Assembly (NCBI GenBank): GCA_964388445.1
Contig: CAYMAI010000006.1
Location: forward strand, 24,182 to 88,181
Source of the DNA: an uncultured Planctomycetia bacterium
GTDB lineage: Bacteria; 4484-113; JAGGVC01
Length of the DNA stretch: 64,000 bases
Reading direction: 5' to 3'
A program made the translations under genes and the position numbers. Under the pieces are notes generated by a model, which worked only from the letters and a program-made list of their open reading frames with translations, searched no databases and was not told where the DNA came from. Below, one piece after another: positions 48,122 through 58,606 of this stretch (position 1 is its first letter; every line of letters starts with the position of its first letter).

Positions 48122-49294
48122 TTACGAATGCGCATCGCCGCCGTCCTCGCTTTCGCCGCCATGCCCGCCCGAATCCGCGCCGGCTTCGCCGCTTTCCGAT
48201 TCGCCTTGTTCGACTTCCGCGGAATCATCGCCGGATTCTTCGCCGGCGGAATCGCCGTCTCCGGTTGCGGCATCCGGCCACGCTTGAAGCACCTTGTCGC
48301 GGTGCTTTTCGCTTAGGCTTTTAATGTATTCGATGAGAGCGGCGATTTCCTTGTCGTTCACTTTGCCTTGATAGGTCGGCATAACCGGGTCGAAGCCGGC
48401 GACGATTTTCTTCATCGGGTCGAGAATGGACTCGCGCAAATAATTCTCGTCGGCTTCTGCCTTGCTTCCGTCTTTGAACGCGACTGTTTCGCCAAAAAGC
48501 TCTTTAAACGTCGGGCCGATAAGCGCGGTGCCGTCGGTCGTATGGCACTGCGCGCAGCCTTTGGTGTTATACAGTTTTTCGCCCGCTTCCACCGGCGTCA
48601 TTCTGTCCACGAAACTGGACGCGTCGGCGAGCCACGTTTCATAACCGCCGGGTTCGTGTACGAAAACCTTGGCGTACATATCCGAGTGGCCCGTGCCGCA
48701 ATATTCGGCGCAAAGGACGTCGAATTCGCCTGACTTGGTCGCTTCGAACCAAAGTTTGGTGTATCTGCCGGGCACGACGTCCTTTTTCACCCTGAACGCC
48801 GGAACGAAAAAGCTGTGGATGACGTCTTCGCTGGACATAATCAGTTCGACCGGTGTGCCGACGGGAACGTGGAGATTTTCGTCAACGTAGCCGTTCGGAT
48901 AAGTGAAAAACCACTGCCACTTTTGGCCGGTTACCTGAATTTCCATCGCGTTTCCCGGCGCGACGGTCATGTCGAGATAGCCTTTGAAGCCCAGATAGAA
49001 AATGACAATGACGATTATTGACGGAATAACGGTCCATACCATTTCCAGCATTTGATGGTGGTGAGGAGATTCCTCGGGAGCCTTTCCTTTGCGCCGCCGG
49101 TATTGAACGACGAAGACGCCCATAAGCGCGACGATAAGCGCGAAGAAAAAGACCGATATCCACATTATCAGCCAGAAAATGAAGTCCACGTTGTGCGCGG
49201 TCGTGGATGCGTTGACTGGCATCCATAGCCCGCCATCGCCTTGAAAAACGGCTGCCGCGCCGCCGACCGCTTTCGCACCGAACATTAAGCCCAT
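48122..49294 (-). CDS. ctaC: caa3-type cytochrome c oxidase subunit II with fused cytochrome c domain
   Basis: CuA motif CAEYCGTGHSDM and heme c motif CAQCH. Start taken at MGLMFGAK. The ORF-track 5' extension to 49663 is Arg-rich and overlaps the SCO gene. Confidence 0.92.
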   Translation of the reverse strand: MGLMFGAKAVGGAAAVFQGDGGLWMPVNASTTAHNVDFIFWLIMWISVFFFALIVALMGVFVVQYRRRKGKAPEESPHHHQMLEMVWTVIPSIIVIVIFYLGFKGYLDMTVAPGNAMEIQVTGQKWQWFFTYPNGYVDENLHVPVGTPVELIMSSEDVIHSFFVPAFRVKKDVVPGRYTKLWFEATKSGEFDVLCAEYCGTGHSDMYAKVFVHEPGGYETWLADASSFVDRMTPVEAGEKLYNTKGCAQCHTTDGTALIGPTFKELFGETVAFKDGSKAEADENYLRESILDPMKKIVAGFDPVMPTYQGKVNDKEIAALIEYIKSLSEKHRDKVLQAWPDAATGDGDSAGEESGDDSAEVEQGESESGEAGADSGGHGGESEDGGDAHS

Positions 49295-50196
49295 TTGCCC
49301 GATTCCTCCGCCCCTATATCGACGCCGGCGGCGGCCTTGCGGCCGTCCCGCCGCCTGACGCGCGCGAACGCCCATGCTCCGCTCATCGTGGTACCGAGAG
49401 CGAATAATGTGACGAGCGCGCCGAGGCGCATGACGTTCATTGCATGCATCGTATATTTGCCTTCGCTCGAATCGAAGTGGAAGCAGTAAAGCATCACTTT
49501 GTCGAGCGGTGTGCCGATTTTTCCTTCGCCCGCTTCGAGGAGCGACAGCCTCACGGTCGCCGGGTCGTACATTACGCCGTAAATGTAACGAGAAACCCTG
49601 CCGTCCGGCGTAAGCACGATGAGGGCGGCGGAATGCGCATATTCCTTGCGCTTTTCGTTCCATTTATAGCCGAAACCGACGGCTTCGGTGAGCGCCTTGA
49701 TGTCTTTTTCGCGACCGGTCAGGAAGTGCCAGCCTCGCGCCGCATCGGGCCGTCCGTACATTTTGATGTAGTTTTGTTTCTTGAGCTTGGAAAGAATCGG
49801 CGTTTCCGCGGGATTGAAACTTACCGTGAGCATTTCGAATTCGCGGCCGGGCATCCATTTTATTTTCTGCAGCGCGTCCACCGCTCCGTTAACGACGAGC
49901 GTGCAGAGCATCGGACACTCGAAGTACACAAGGGTGAGTATGACCGGCTTTTCGCCGTTAAAATACTTGCCCAGCGTCACCTTGTTGCCGTTTTCGTCGG
50001 TGAATTCGGCGCCGAGGGGAATCTGCGCGTCCGGCATTTCGGTTATGCCGACGCCTTCGAGTTCTTCGACATCTCTCTGAGCGATTTGCGAATATGCGGG
50101 GGCGGCCGTAGCGGAAAGCGCGGCGAGCGCGACGGCGGCGGCGAAAAGAGCCGCAATGTCCGCCCGCAAATTAATTATTTCCCGCAACGGTTTCAC
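49285..50196 (-). CDS. SCO/SenC family copper chaperone
   Basis: N-terminal anchor and thioredoxin-like CPMLC motif (VYFECPMLCTLV). GTG start. Confidence 0.88.
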   Translation of the reverse strand: MKPLREIINLRADIAALFAAAVALAALSATAAPAYSQIAQRDVEELEGVGITEMPDAQIPLGAEFTDENGNKVTLGKYFNGEKPVILTLVYFECPMLCTLVVNGAVDALQKIKWMPGREFEMLTVSFNPAETPILSKLKKQNYIKMYGRPDAARGWHFLTGREKDIKALTEAVGFGYKWNEKRKEYAHSAALIVLTPDGRVSRYIYGVMYDPATVRLSLLEAGEGKIGTPLDKVMLYCFHFDSSEGKYTMHAMNVMRLGALVTLFALGTTMSGAWAFARVRRRDGRKAAAGVDIGAEESGKWA

Positions 50197-50202
50197 CTTC
50201 TG

Positions 50203-50571
50203 TTACCTATGCCCCCTGCGCTTGCGCGGAGCGGGCTTGACTTCGGGCGCGGGCATTTTTGGCGGCGCGAGATTCGCCATCCGCGCGCCGAGCATGTTTT
50301 CGCCCGCTACGATTTCTATCGCATCGTCGATCGGAATCGTTGCCCTTCCGGATGAAGCGTCGATTATTTTGTAGCCGCCGAGCTCCGCCTCTTGCGAGGC
50401 GATTATGTTTTCGAGCCAGTCGTTTCCTGCCGAATATATCTTGCCGCGCACTTCCGCTTTTTCCGCATACCTGTATCCGGCGAAAGTCACGACAATCGTC
50501 ACGAAAAGGAGAATCGAGAAAATAAGCGCGCCGATAAGAACTTCCGCTGTATTTACGCCTTCATGTTCCAT
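50203..50571 (-). CDS. small single-TM membrane protein in the ActG position (function not recognised)
   Basis: 122 aa, one TM helix (VLIGALIFSILLFVTIVVTFAGY), basic Pro-rich tail. Sits between actF and the SCO gene with gaps of only 6-24 nt. Confidence 0.6.
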   Translation of the reverse strand: MEHEGVNTAEVLIGALIFSILLFVTIVVTFAGYRYAEKAEVRGKIYSAGNDWLENIIASQEAELGGYKIIDASSGRATIPIDDAIEIVAGENMLGARMANLAPPKMPAPEVKPAPRKRRGHR

Positions 50572-50595
50572 ATGCTTCTCCTTATATTCCTTTCG

Positions 50596-51831
50596 TTATA
50601 CGTTTTCGAACTTGAGCGAGTCGAGCAGCCTCGGATCTTTCATCGGGATAATCGAATTCGCGCCGGCGATTTTTACCATCGACGCGATGAAAATTCCGCC
50701 GATTCCCACCATGCAAAGCACGTCCATCGGGCTGAACATCAGCGATTTCGATGCCTGGTCGAACTCCGGAATTATCAGGTAGTAAAGATCGACGAAATGC
50801 GCGAAGAGCATCCAAAGAGCGCCGGCTATCAACAGCCGCTTTTTCCGTTTGATGCCGCGGGCGATTAGATACAAAAACGGTATTACGAAGTGAATCGCCA
50901 GAAGCGCCCATGAATACCAGTACCATTCGCCGCTGGTCCTGCGCAAAAACCACGCGGTTTCTTCGGGAATGTTTCCGTACCAAATGAGCATGAACTGGCT
51001 GAACGCGATGTAGCACCAGAAAACGGTGAACGCGAAAATGAGCTTGCCTAGGTCGTGATAATGCTCGATGGTGATGGCTTTTTTCAAAAAGCCGGATTTT
51101 TGCAGCGCAATCGAGAGCACGGTAAGGAACGAAAAGAACCCCACTGCCGCGCCGGAGAAGACGTAAACGCCGAAAATCGTGGAAAACCAAGCGTAATCTA
51201 GCGACATCAGGAAATCGAAGGAAGCGAAAGTAAGCGTCAGCGCGAACGCCACGAGGCCGGGCCCCGCAAGCCGCTGGAGCGATAGCGTAAGAGCTGCGTC
51301 GCCCGATTCGTCCTGCTTTAGCGAGCGGCCGTAAAAGGCGAACGCGAGCGCTATCCAGACGAGGAAATAAACGACGATGCGAACGCTGAAAAACGGCATG
51401 TTCAAATAGGCGGACTTGTGCAGCATTAATGCGGACGGAGACGGGCCGGGCGCAGCCCATTCGTATAAATGCCCGGCGAAAAGAACGACCGGAATTGCGA
51501 GAACCGCGAGCACCGGCATTGTCGCCGCCGAAATTTCCGCGATGCGCCTTACGACGACGCTCCAGCTTGCCCGCGTAATGAACTGAATCTGTACGAAAAA
51601 CAGCGCGCCGAGGGCGAGAGTAAGAAAATATGCGAAACCGAGCAGATAAGAAAACGCGAATCGCTTTACGCCGCCGCCGGCCATTACGCCGTAAAGGAAC
51701 GCCGCGATTAGCGAAACTACGCCGATAGCGCCGGAAACGAGGAAAATTTTCGCGCCGAAGCCGCCGAGATGCCGCTTTTCGCCTTGCACCATCGTCAAAT
51801 CGACCGTGTGTAGTGAGCCGCTAGTTGCCAT
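50596..51831 (-). CDS. actF: Alternative Complex III subunit ActF (NrfD-like membrane subunit 2)
   Basis: Polytopic membrane protein in operon position after actE. I chose the ATG at 51831 because SD GGAG lies 6 nt upstream; the ORF track starts at 51870. Confidence 0.8.
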   Translation of the reverse strand: MATSGSLHTVDLTMVQGEKRHLGGFGAKIFLVSGAIGVVSLIAAFLYGVMAGGGVKRFAFSYLLGFAYFLTLALGALFFVQIQFITRASWSVVVRRIAEISAATMPVLAVLAIPVVLFAGHLYEWAAPGPSPSALMLHKSAYLNMPFFSVRIVVYFLVWIALAFAFYGRSLKQDESGDAALTLSLQRLAGPGLVAFALTLTFASFDFLMSLDYAWFSTIFGVYVFSGAAVGFFSFLTVLSIALQKSGFLKKAITIEHYHDLGKLIFAFTVFWCYIAFSQFMLIWYGNIPEETAWFLRRTSGEWYWYSWALLAIHFVIPFLYLIARGIKRKKRLLIAGALWMLFAHFVDLYYLIIPEFDQASKSLMFSPMDVLCMVGIGGIFIASMVKIAGANSIIPMKDPRLLDSLKFENV

Positions 51832-52531
51832 TTTCATCTCCGGCGAATACTTCGCTGCCCGAGGCGGCATCGGCGCCCGCGCGCAGCATCAAGTCTTTGC
51901 GCACATCCTCCGGCAAATCGGTGATTTTCGCGTTTTGGCTGCGCTGAAGAGCGCGCACGTATGCCACTATCGCCCACCTATCCTCAACCGGAATTTGCGG
52001 TCCGTACGCGGGCATGTTTCTTATGCCGTTCGTTATCGTGTTGAATATGTGACCGGCGGGGCGGCCGAGAACGAGTTCGGTGTGGTAGCTGGACGGCGGA
52101 GTCCAAGTGCCTTGAGCCAGTTCTTCGGCGCGTACCGCGACCGGTCCGTTTCCGTATCCCGATAGGCCGTGGCAGGGAGCGCAGAAAACGTTGTACTTTT
52201 CGCGGCCGCGCGTAATGAACTCTTCGTTAACCTGAATGCCGGAAGGAAAATCATCCGCCCATTTGCCTTCGTCGATGCCTTTTTCCAAATGGTCGTCGAG
52301 CCTGGGCTTTTTGTAGGGGACTGCACCGGCCACCGGCGGACGCATCGAGCGCGCGTCGGCGAACATCGGATTGAAAGACTGCGGCTTGAATTTCTGTTGA
52401 TTGTCCATATCGGGAATGAGTTCGAACCTCGGCAAATCCGCCGGGCCGCTTCGCTTGAGCATAATCAGCGAAAGAGGGATGAACGAAAGAGACGCCATCA
52501 AAACAATCGCGGGGATTAACCATTTGGGCAT
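51821..52531 (-). CDS. actE: Alternative Complex III monoheme cytochrome c subunit ActE
   Basis: N-terminal anchor, a single CAPCH heme motif, and the distal ligand region NMPAYG. Confidence 0.85.
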   Translation of the reverse strand: MPKWLIPAIVLMASLSFIPLSLIMLKRSGPADLPRFELIPDMDNQQKFKPQSFNPMFADARSMRPPVAGAVPYKKPRLDDHLEKGIDEGKWADDFPSGIQVNEEFITRGREKYNVFCAPCHGLSGYGNGPVAVRAEELAQGTWTPPSSYHTELVLGRPAGHIFNTITNGIRNMPAYGPQIPVEDRWAIVAYVRALQRSQNAKITDLPEDVRKDLMLRAGADAASGSEVFAGDENGN

Positions 52532-52534
52532 TTC

Positions 52535-53116
52535 CTATCCCTCCTCCCCGTAAACCGCTTCGACTTTTCCGCCTTCGATGGATTCGAGAAAACTCACGGT
52601 CGCCGATTCGTCGAACTTCGGATCGCTGGCGCATACGCTGATAAAAAATCTGTCGTTCGTCGCCCGAGAAAACCTTTCGCTGTTGAAAGCCATATGATAG
52701 TACTTCGGCAGCCGGTTGAACGCGAGCATTCCGAAGAACGCGCCGAAAGCGGCGAATAGAATAGTCATTTCGAATGCAACGGGGATGTTTGCGGCGAGAC
52801 TCCAGAACGGCTTGCCGCTGATGTTGAGCGCATAATCGTAGGCGTTCATCCACCACTGCATAAGTATGCCGAGGAACAGCCCCGCGAAACCGCAAACGAA
52901 AACGAAGTACGGAAGCCTCGTCGCCCTTAGTCCCATCGCGTCGTTCAGTCCGTGCACGGGAAACGGCGTGTGGCAGTCCCAATGCGTGAATCCTTCGTCA
53001 CGGGTTTTCTCCGCGGCGTGCAGAAGGTCGTGAACCTCGGAAAATTCCACTAAGTAGCCGAGAAGTTTCTTTTCAGTTTTCTCCGCGGGAGCGGCATTTA
53101 CCGGATTTCCGCTCAT
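52535..53116 (-). CDS. actD: Alternative Complex III subunit ActD (DUF3341)
   Basis: Soluble N-terminal domain ([26 protein letters not shown]) plus two TM helices. ATGA overlap with actC. Confidence 0.82.
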   Translation of the reverse strand: MSGNPVNAAPAEKTEKKLLGYLVEFSEVHDLLHAAEKTRDEGFTHWDCHTPFPVHGLNDAMGLRATRLPYFVFVCGFAGLFLGILMQWWMNAYDYALNISGKPFWSLAANIPVAFEMTILFAAFGAFFGMLAFNRLPKYYHMAFNSERFSRATNDRFFISVCASDPKFDESATVSFLESIEGGKVEAVYGEEG

Positions 53117-54603
53117 TTCGCCTCACCTTCCAAAGCGGCTTTGCGCTCGTCGTGGCTCTTCGGCGCGTCGCCCCAGTAGTCGCCCAGCGGGCGGTGAGCG
53201 TCGTGCTCGTCGCCGTGAACGTCGGCCTGCGGCATTACGCTTTTGACTTCGGCCATCGCAACCATCGGCAGAAACCGGACGAATAACAGGAATAGGAAGA
53301 AGAACAAGCCGAGCGAGCCGAGGAAAGTCATAACTTCGACCCATGACGGCGTGTACATTCCCCAAGAGGAAGGCAGATAATCGCGATGAAGCGAGGTTAC
53401 GACGATAACGAAGCGCTCGAACCACATGCCAATGTCAACGGCTATCGCCACGATGAACATAACGGGAATGCTGGTGCGGAATTTTTTAAACCAAAAAAGC
53501 TGGGGAAAAATAACGTTGCAGGTAATCATCGTCCAGTACGCCCAAGAATACGGGCCGAGGGCGCGATTGACGAACGCGAAAAGCTCGGTCATATTGCCGC
53601 CGTACCACGCGATGAAGAACTCGACCGCGTAAGCGTATCCCACCATCATTCCGGTGGCGAGAATAATCTTGTTGCAGTTTTCGAGGTGGTGCATCGTAAT
53701 GATGTTTTTCAGCCCGAAAAACTGGCGGGAAGGAATGGCGAGCGTAAGAACCATCGCGAAGCCGCCGAAAATTGCGCCCGCGACGAAGTAAGGCGGGAAA
53801 ATCGTCGTGTGCCAACCGGGAATAACGCTCGTCGCGAAGTCGAAACTGACGACGGAGTGGACGGACAGGACGAGCGGGGTGGCGAGCGCGGCGAGAAGCA
53901 GATAGGCTTTTTCGAATCTCAGCCACTGGCGGTTGGCGCCGCGCCAGCCGAGCGCGAGTAGCCCGTAAACGAATTTGCGTATTTTCGTGACCGCCCGGTC
54001 GCGAAGGGTGGCGAAGTCCGGAATCATTCCCATGTACCAGAAGAGAAGGGACACGAGAAAATAGGTCGAAACCGCGAAGACATCCCAAAGGAGGGGGCTT
54101 CTGAAATTCGGCCACATCCACATTTGGTTGGGGATGGGAAGAAGCCAGTAAATAAGCCAGACGCGACCGACGTGGAAGGTCGGGAAGATCAGCGCGCAAA
54201 TAACCGCAAAAATCGTCATCGCTTCCGCGAAGCGGTTGATACCCGTCCTCCATTTTTGGCGGAAAAGGAACAATATGGCGCTGATGAGCGTGCCCGCGTG
54301 GCCGATGCCGATCCAGAAAACGAAGTTGACGATATCGAAGCCCCAGCTTACCGGAACGTTGACGCCCCACACGCCGATACCGGTAACGACAAGATATCCC
54401 AGCATTAGCAGCAGATTAAGCGTGAGGAGCGACGCGATGCCGAAAGCAATCCACCACGCCCGGGTCGGTTTCGGCGCTTCCGTTATTCCGCAAACGGTTT
54501 CGGTTATATCCGAAAAAGACTTGCCGCCGGTTACGAGAACGGGCTTTACTCTGGGGTCGTCGATGGTGTTATCGAAAGTTGCGTCGTGAGGAAGTGCGTT
54601 CAT
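53113..54603 (-). CDS. actC: Alternative Complex III quinol-interacting membrane subunit ActC (NrfD/PsrC family)
   Basis: 496 aa polytopic membrane protein with NrfD-like motifs ([24 protein letters not shown]). Confidence 0.88.
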   Translation of the reverse strand: MNALPHDATFDNTIDDPRVKPVLVTGGKSFSDITETVCGITEAPKPTRAWWIAFGIASLLTLNLLLMLGYLVVTGIGVWGVNVPVSWGFDIVNFVFWIGIGHAGTLISAILFLFRQKWRTGINRFAEAMTIFAVICALIFPTFHVGRVWLIYWLLPIPNQMWMWPNFRSPLLWDVFAVSTYFLVSLLFWYMGMIPDFATLRDRAVTKIRKFVYGLLALGWRGANRQWLRFEKAYLLLAALATPLVLSVHSVVSFDFATSVIPGWHTTIFPPYFVAGAIFGGFAMVLTLAIPSRQFFGLKNIITMHHLENCNKIILATGMMVGYAYAVEFFIAWYGGNMTELFAFVNRALGPYSWAYWTMITCNVIFPQLFWFKKFRTSIPVMFIVAIAVDIGMWFERFVIVVTSLHRDYLPSSWGMYTPSWVEVMTFLGSLGLFFFLFLLFVRFLPMVAMAEVKSVMPQADVHGDEHDAHRPLGDYWGDAPKSHDERKAALEGEAK

Positions 54604-54605
54604 TT

Positions 54606-57600
54606 CTAGTGCCCGCCCCCGGAATGTTCTTCATATTCGTCGCGCCCGGCGCCTTGAGCGCCGTTATCCACGTTTCTGACTTTGGCCAAGTACTCAAGTC
54701 TGGGCTTTACATTCAGTTCGCCGAGCATCCCATAACTGCGGTTATGGTCGAACGCTTTTTTAACCCGGCTCGCCGGGTCGTTCAGGTCGCCGAAAGTAAT
54801 CGCTTTCGCCGGGCAAGCTTGTGCGCATGCCGGAACGACTTCGCCGTCCACGATGGCGCGGCCTTCGTTTTTCGCGTTTATTTTTACTTCTTGAATCCGC
54901 TGGACGCAGAAACTGCACTTTTCCATCACACCCCGGCTTCGCACGGTCACTTCCGGATTCATCGCAAGCTTTTCGACTTCGGTCATATGCTTGTGATTGT
55001 TGAAGAAGTTGAACCGCCGGACTTTGTAGGGGCAGTTATTGGCGCAGTATTTCGTGCCTACGCAGCGGTTATATACCATTTCGTTAAGCCCTTCCGAGCT
55101 GTGAACAGTCGCGGCAACGGGGCAAACCTGCTCGCAGGGAGCGTTTTCGCAATGATGGCAGGTGACCGGCTGGTGAAGCACGCTAGGAGCATGAATGTCG
55201 CCGCTGAAATAGCGGTCCACCCGAATCCACTGCATCTCGCGGCCGCGGGCTACTTCGTCCCTCGAAACGACGGGAATGTTGTTTTCCGCTTGACAGGCGA
55301 TTTGGCACGCGCCGCATCCCACGCAAGCGTTAAGGTCGATTGACATCGCCCATTTGTGACCTTCGTACTCGTGCTCCCGCCAAAGCGATTCGAGCGGCGG
55401 ATGGTGCACTTTGTGCTTGGCGAAATCGGGATGCTTTCTGTAATCGGCCAAAGTCGTCTCGCGAGCGAGCTCGCCGAGGCGGCGTTCCTTTTCGCGGCTG
55501 CCGAGTTTTTCAATGTCTATTGCGTGGTGGTCTTGCGTGGTTGCGAGCTTCTTGCGTCTTCCCGTTTTGCGAATTTCCGCGCCGCCGGCGAAGTGCATAG
55601 CGCCGGATTTCCTTAGCGGGTAAACGCTTACTCCCACTCCGTTTCCTACTTTACCCGCGCGAGTTCTGCCGTATCCGAGCGGAAGCGTAATCGTATTCTC
55701 CGGCTGGCCGGGAAGAACGAACGCCGGGATTTTTATCGAAGCGCCGCCCGCGGTAACTTCGATAACGTCGCCGCTCCGAATTTTTTTCGCTTCGGCGAGC
55801 TTCGGCGAAATCAGCGCTGCGTTGTCCCACGTGAGTTTGGTCATAGGATCGGGATTGACCTGAAGCCAGCCGTTGTTGGCGAACCTTCCGTCGAAAATGC
55901 AATACGACGGGCGAAAAGCGATTTCGATTTCTCCCGCCGAACCGCCGAGCGCGGAAAGCCCGGACGCGAACGATGTGGATTCGATTTCGGGCGCGAGCGC
56001 GGGCCAAAACGACGGAGGAAGACAGCCTTCGCTCAGCGCTGCGTCGAATGCCTTGTCCGCGATATCTCCGTACGGATAGGCTTCGTCGAAAGACTTGCGC
56101 GTAAGTTCGCGAGCGGAAAGCTTTTCCTCGCCGGCGAATACGGCAAGAACTTCAAGGTCGGTTAATCCGCCGTACATAGGCTCGATTAGCGGCTGGGTGA
56201 GGCAATATGTGCCTTCGACGGCGCGCGAATCGCCCCAGGATTCGAGGAAGTGGGCGCGCGGCGCGTGCCAAAGACAGGCCGCGGAGGTTTCGTCGTCGTA
56301 AAGGCTTACATGAGCGGTTGCACCGGCTTTTGCGATAAGCTCGCCGAAATTCAAATCGGCCGGTGCGTTATAAACGGGATTTCCGCCGAGAATTATCAGC
56401 GTTTTAACTTTGCCGGATTCGACATCCGCCGCCAAGTCTTTTATCGAGCCGGCGAAATCTTCGCGATCGGGATCCGTGAGTTCCGTATAAAGCACGCATT
56501 TGCCTGCGTTTCCAAGCGCATGATTGATGAGCGCGGCAAGCGCGTGAACTTCGGCGGGTTGTTCGTAACCCGCAATAACGATTCCGGCTCCGCGACTTTG
56601 GCGCAGCGACAGCGCGGCTGCTTTAACGTTTTCGTCGCCGAGTGCGGCGCCGGCGAGATTTTCGAGGTGCGGTTTTAACGACGCTGCGTCTTTGACGGCG
56701 ACTCCGCCGCCAATCAATTCGAGCGTCAGCGCGGCAACGAAAGAGGGAACTGCGGAAGCGGATACGGCCTTGCGGTAATCCGCGTTGCTGCCCGTGACGG
56801 TGTGGCCCGATTCGAACGCGAAAAACACGCTCATGTCGCCGTCGGGATTGCGTCTCGACGCGAAGTCGTGCGCGTTTCTTACGGCCGAAGGATGGGTCAT
56901 AAGAAAGTCGCTGTCGAAAGAAACGACGGTTTTCGCCTGCGAAAACATCGGATGCATCCGAAGCGGGCGTCCGAATACCATCCGGGTTCCTAGCCGCTCC
57001 GCGTCGTTTCCAACCGGTTCGTAAACGTGGAATTTTGCGTTGGGCGACGCTGCCATAATTTTTTTGCGAAGCCTGTTAGTCGCAGGCGAAGAGGTGGATT
57101 CGGATAGAAAATACAGACCTTCGCCTCCGCCGCTCTTATGCAAATTATGGCGCTCGGCCAAAAAGCTCCTGAAGTCGGATGCGGTTTTCCGGATTCCTTT
57201 TCCGCCATTTTCACGCAGGATGGGCGACGAACTCCTGTCGGGGTCGTAAAGTTCGAGAATGGAGGCCTGCTCGAACGCGCTCGAAGCACCGAGCTTGCTT
57301 TCCACGCGCAGCCCCTTCATCCGTTCGCGGCCGGAGTTGTAGTCGAACGGATTGCTGCGGTTAATCGGGTGCGAGGGATTGCCTTCGATTTTAATAGGGC
57401 GGCCGTCGTAACTTTTTACGAGAAGACCGCGCGCGGCGCCGCTTAGCTCCATGGTTGTCGCGAAAAACTCCGCCACGCCGGGGGTCCTGCCTTCCGGCCG
57501 GTGCGCGTAAGGCGCGATGTATTCTTCCGGTTGACGGCAAGAAGTAAGCGTAACTCCCGCGAGCGCGAACGAAGCGCCCATAAGCTTGAGGAACGTGCGC

Positions 57601-57737
57601 CGGGAATTTTCGTCCAATTCGGTCGCGTCCGGTTGAAATTCGCGGTCGTAAAACATTCTGAACGCGGGAGTATCCCCGACTTCGTCGAGGCTTCGCCAGA
57701 ATTTTTTTCCGCCGGGATTACCGTTTACCTGTGACAT
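54606..57737 (-). CDS. actB: Alternative Complex III subunit ActB (molybdopterin-oxidoreductase-like plus 4Fe-4S domains)
   Basis: Tat signal [17 protein letters not shown]. 1043 aa. C-terminal ferredoxin Cys clusters [37 protein letters not shown] and CSFCVQR...CAQACP. Confidence 0.9.
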   Translation of the reverse strand: MSQVNGNPGGKKFWRSLDEVGDTPAFRMFYDREFQPDATELDENSRRTFLKLMGASFALAGVTLTSCRQPEEYIAPYAHRPEGRTPGVAEFFATTMELSGAARGLLVKSYDGRPIKIEGNPSHPINRSNPFDYNSGRERMKGLRVESKLGASSAFEQASILELYDPDRSSSPILRENGGKGIRKTASDFRSFLAERHNLHKSGGGEGLYFLSESTSSPATNRLRKKIMAASPNAKFHVYEPVGNDAERLGTRMVFGRPLRMHPMFSQAKTVVSFDSDFLMTHPSAVRNAHDFASRRNPDGDMSVFFAFESGHTVTGSNADYRKAVSASAVPSFVAALTLELIGGGVAVKDAASLKPHLENLAGAALGDENVKAAALSLRQSRGAGIVIAGYEQPAEVHALAALINHALGNAGKCVLYTELTDPDREDFAGSIKDLAADVESGKVKTLIILGGNPVYNAPADLNFGELIAKAGATAHVSLYDDETSAACLWHAPRAHFLESWGDSRAVEGTYCLTQPLIEPMYGGLTDLEVLAVFAGEEKLSARELTRKSFDEAYPYGDIADKAFDAALSEGCLPPSFWPALAPEIESTSFASGLSALGGSAGEIEIAFRPSYCIFDGRFANNGWLQVNPDPMTKLTWDNAALISPKLAEAKKIRSGDVIEVTAGGASIKIPAFVLPGQPENTITLPLGYGRTRAGKVGNGVGVSVYPLRKSGAMHFAGGAEIRKTGRRKKLATTQDHHAIDIEKLGSREKERRLGELARETTLADYRKHPDFAKHKVHHPPLESLWREHEYEGHKWAMSIDLNACVGCGACQIACQAENNIPVVSRDEVARGREMQWIRVDRYFSGDIHAPSVLHQPVTCHHCENAPCEQVCPVAATVHSSEGLNEMVYNRCVGTKYCANNCPYKVRRFNFFNNHKHMTEVEKLAMNPEVTVRSRGVMEKCSFCVQRIQEVKINAKNEGRAIVDGEVVPACAQACPAKAITFGDLNDPASRVKKAFDHNRSYGMLGELNVKPRLEYLAKVRNVDNGAQGAGRDEYEEHSGGGH

Positions 57738-58381
57738 GTCCAGCAGTCCGTAGAAGGATTGATGTTGTATTCGGCCTTAAGCCTTCGCCCCATAGTAAGC
57801 TGATCTTCCTCGGGCGTCCAGTCCATATTCGTTACGAACTCCTTCGGCCTGAGGTGTTTTTCGGGCGCTCTGTGGCAGTCGATGCACCAGCCCATGGTGA
57901 GAAGCTCGGCCTGATACACCGTTTCCATTTTATCGACGCGTCCGTGGCAGGAAACGCAGCCTATGCCGCGAGTCACGTGCGCGCTGTGGTTGAAGTATGC
58001 GAAGTCGGGAAGATTGTGAACCCTGAGCCACTTAATCGGCATTCCGCTCGTATGGCTCTGGCGCACGGGCAAAAGCTTCGGGCTTTCGGTGAACACCGAC
58101 GAATGGCAGTTCATGCATGTTTGAGTCGGAGGAATGGACGCCTGCGCGGCGGTTTTCACCGTCGTGTGACAGTACATGCAGTCAATACCGAGCTTACCCG
58201 CGTGAAGCTCGTGGCTGTACGGCACGGGCTGCTCGGGCATGTACCCGAGGCGAGTCGTCTTCGGCGAGACGAGAAACCCGATAAGCACAATCACGTAGAC
58301 GGCGCCGCCGATCGCAAGAAGCAGCACGACCGGCACCAGCCTGTCCGCCCACGCGGGGAAGAAAGGACCTTTAAAATCCAT
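57725..58381 (-). CDS. actA: Alternative Complex III pentaheme cytochrome c subunit ActA
   Basis: N-terminal TM anchor and five CxxCH motifs (CMYCH, CMNCH, CVSCH, CIDCH, CWTCH). Confidence 0.9.
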   Translation of the reverse strand: MDFKGPFFPAWADRLVPVVLLLAIGGAVYVIVLIGFLVSPKTTRLGYMPEQPVPYSHELHAGKLGIDCMYCHTTVKTAAQASIPPTQTCMNCHSSVFTESPKLLPVRQSHTSGMPIKWLRVHNLPDFAYFNHSAHVTRGIGCVSCHGRVDKMETVYQAELLTMGWCIDCHRAPEKHLRPKEFVTNMDWTPEEDQLTMGRRLKAEYNINPSTDCWTCHR

Positions 58382-58606
58382 CAGCGACCCCGAATTGCGC
58401 CTCGCGGTGCGAAGCGCAAACGTAATTCATACCAGAAACATATATATTTAGCCAGTCAAGGACATGTCGCGTCCTTGCGGCTTTGAGACGGTTTTCACGC
58501 ACCACAGGGGCGCCGATGAAACACGCGAGCCGGAATTGTAAACCTAAAGTTCCAATATCTCAACCCGCCCGCGAAATTTTAGTGCGCGCAAGTATCGAAA
58601 CCGGCG

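Noticed and set aside
49295-49663. An N-terminal extension of 123 aa on the ctaC ORF.
   Set aside because: It is Arg-rich, overlaps the SCO coding region in another frame, and precedes a normal CtaC N-terminus (MGLMFGAK... followed by TM helices).
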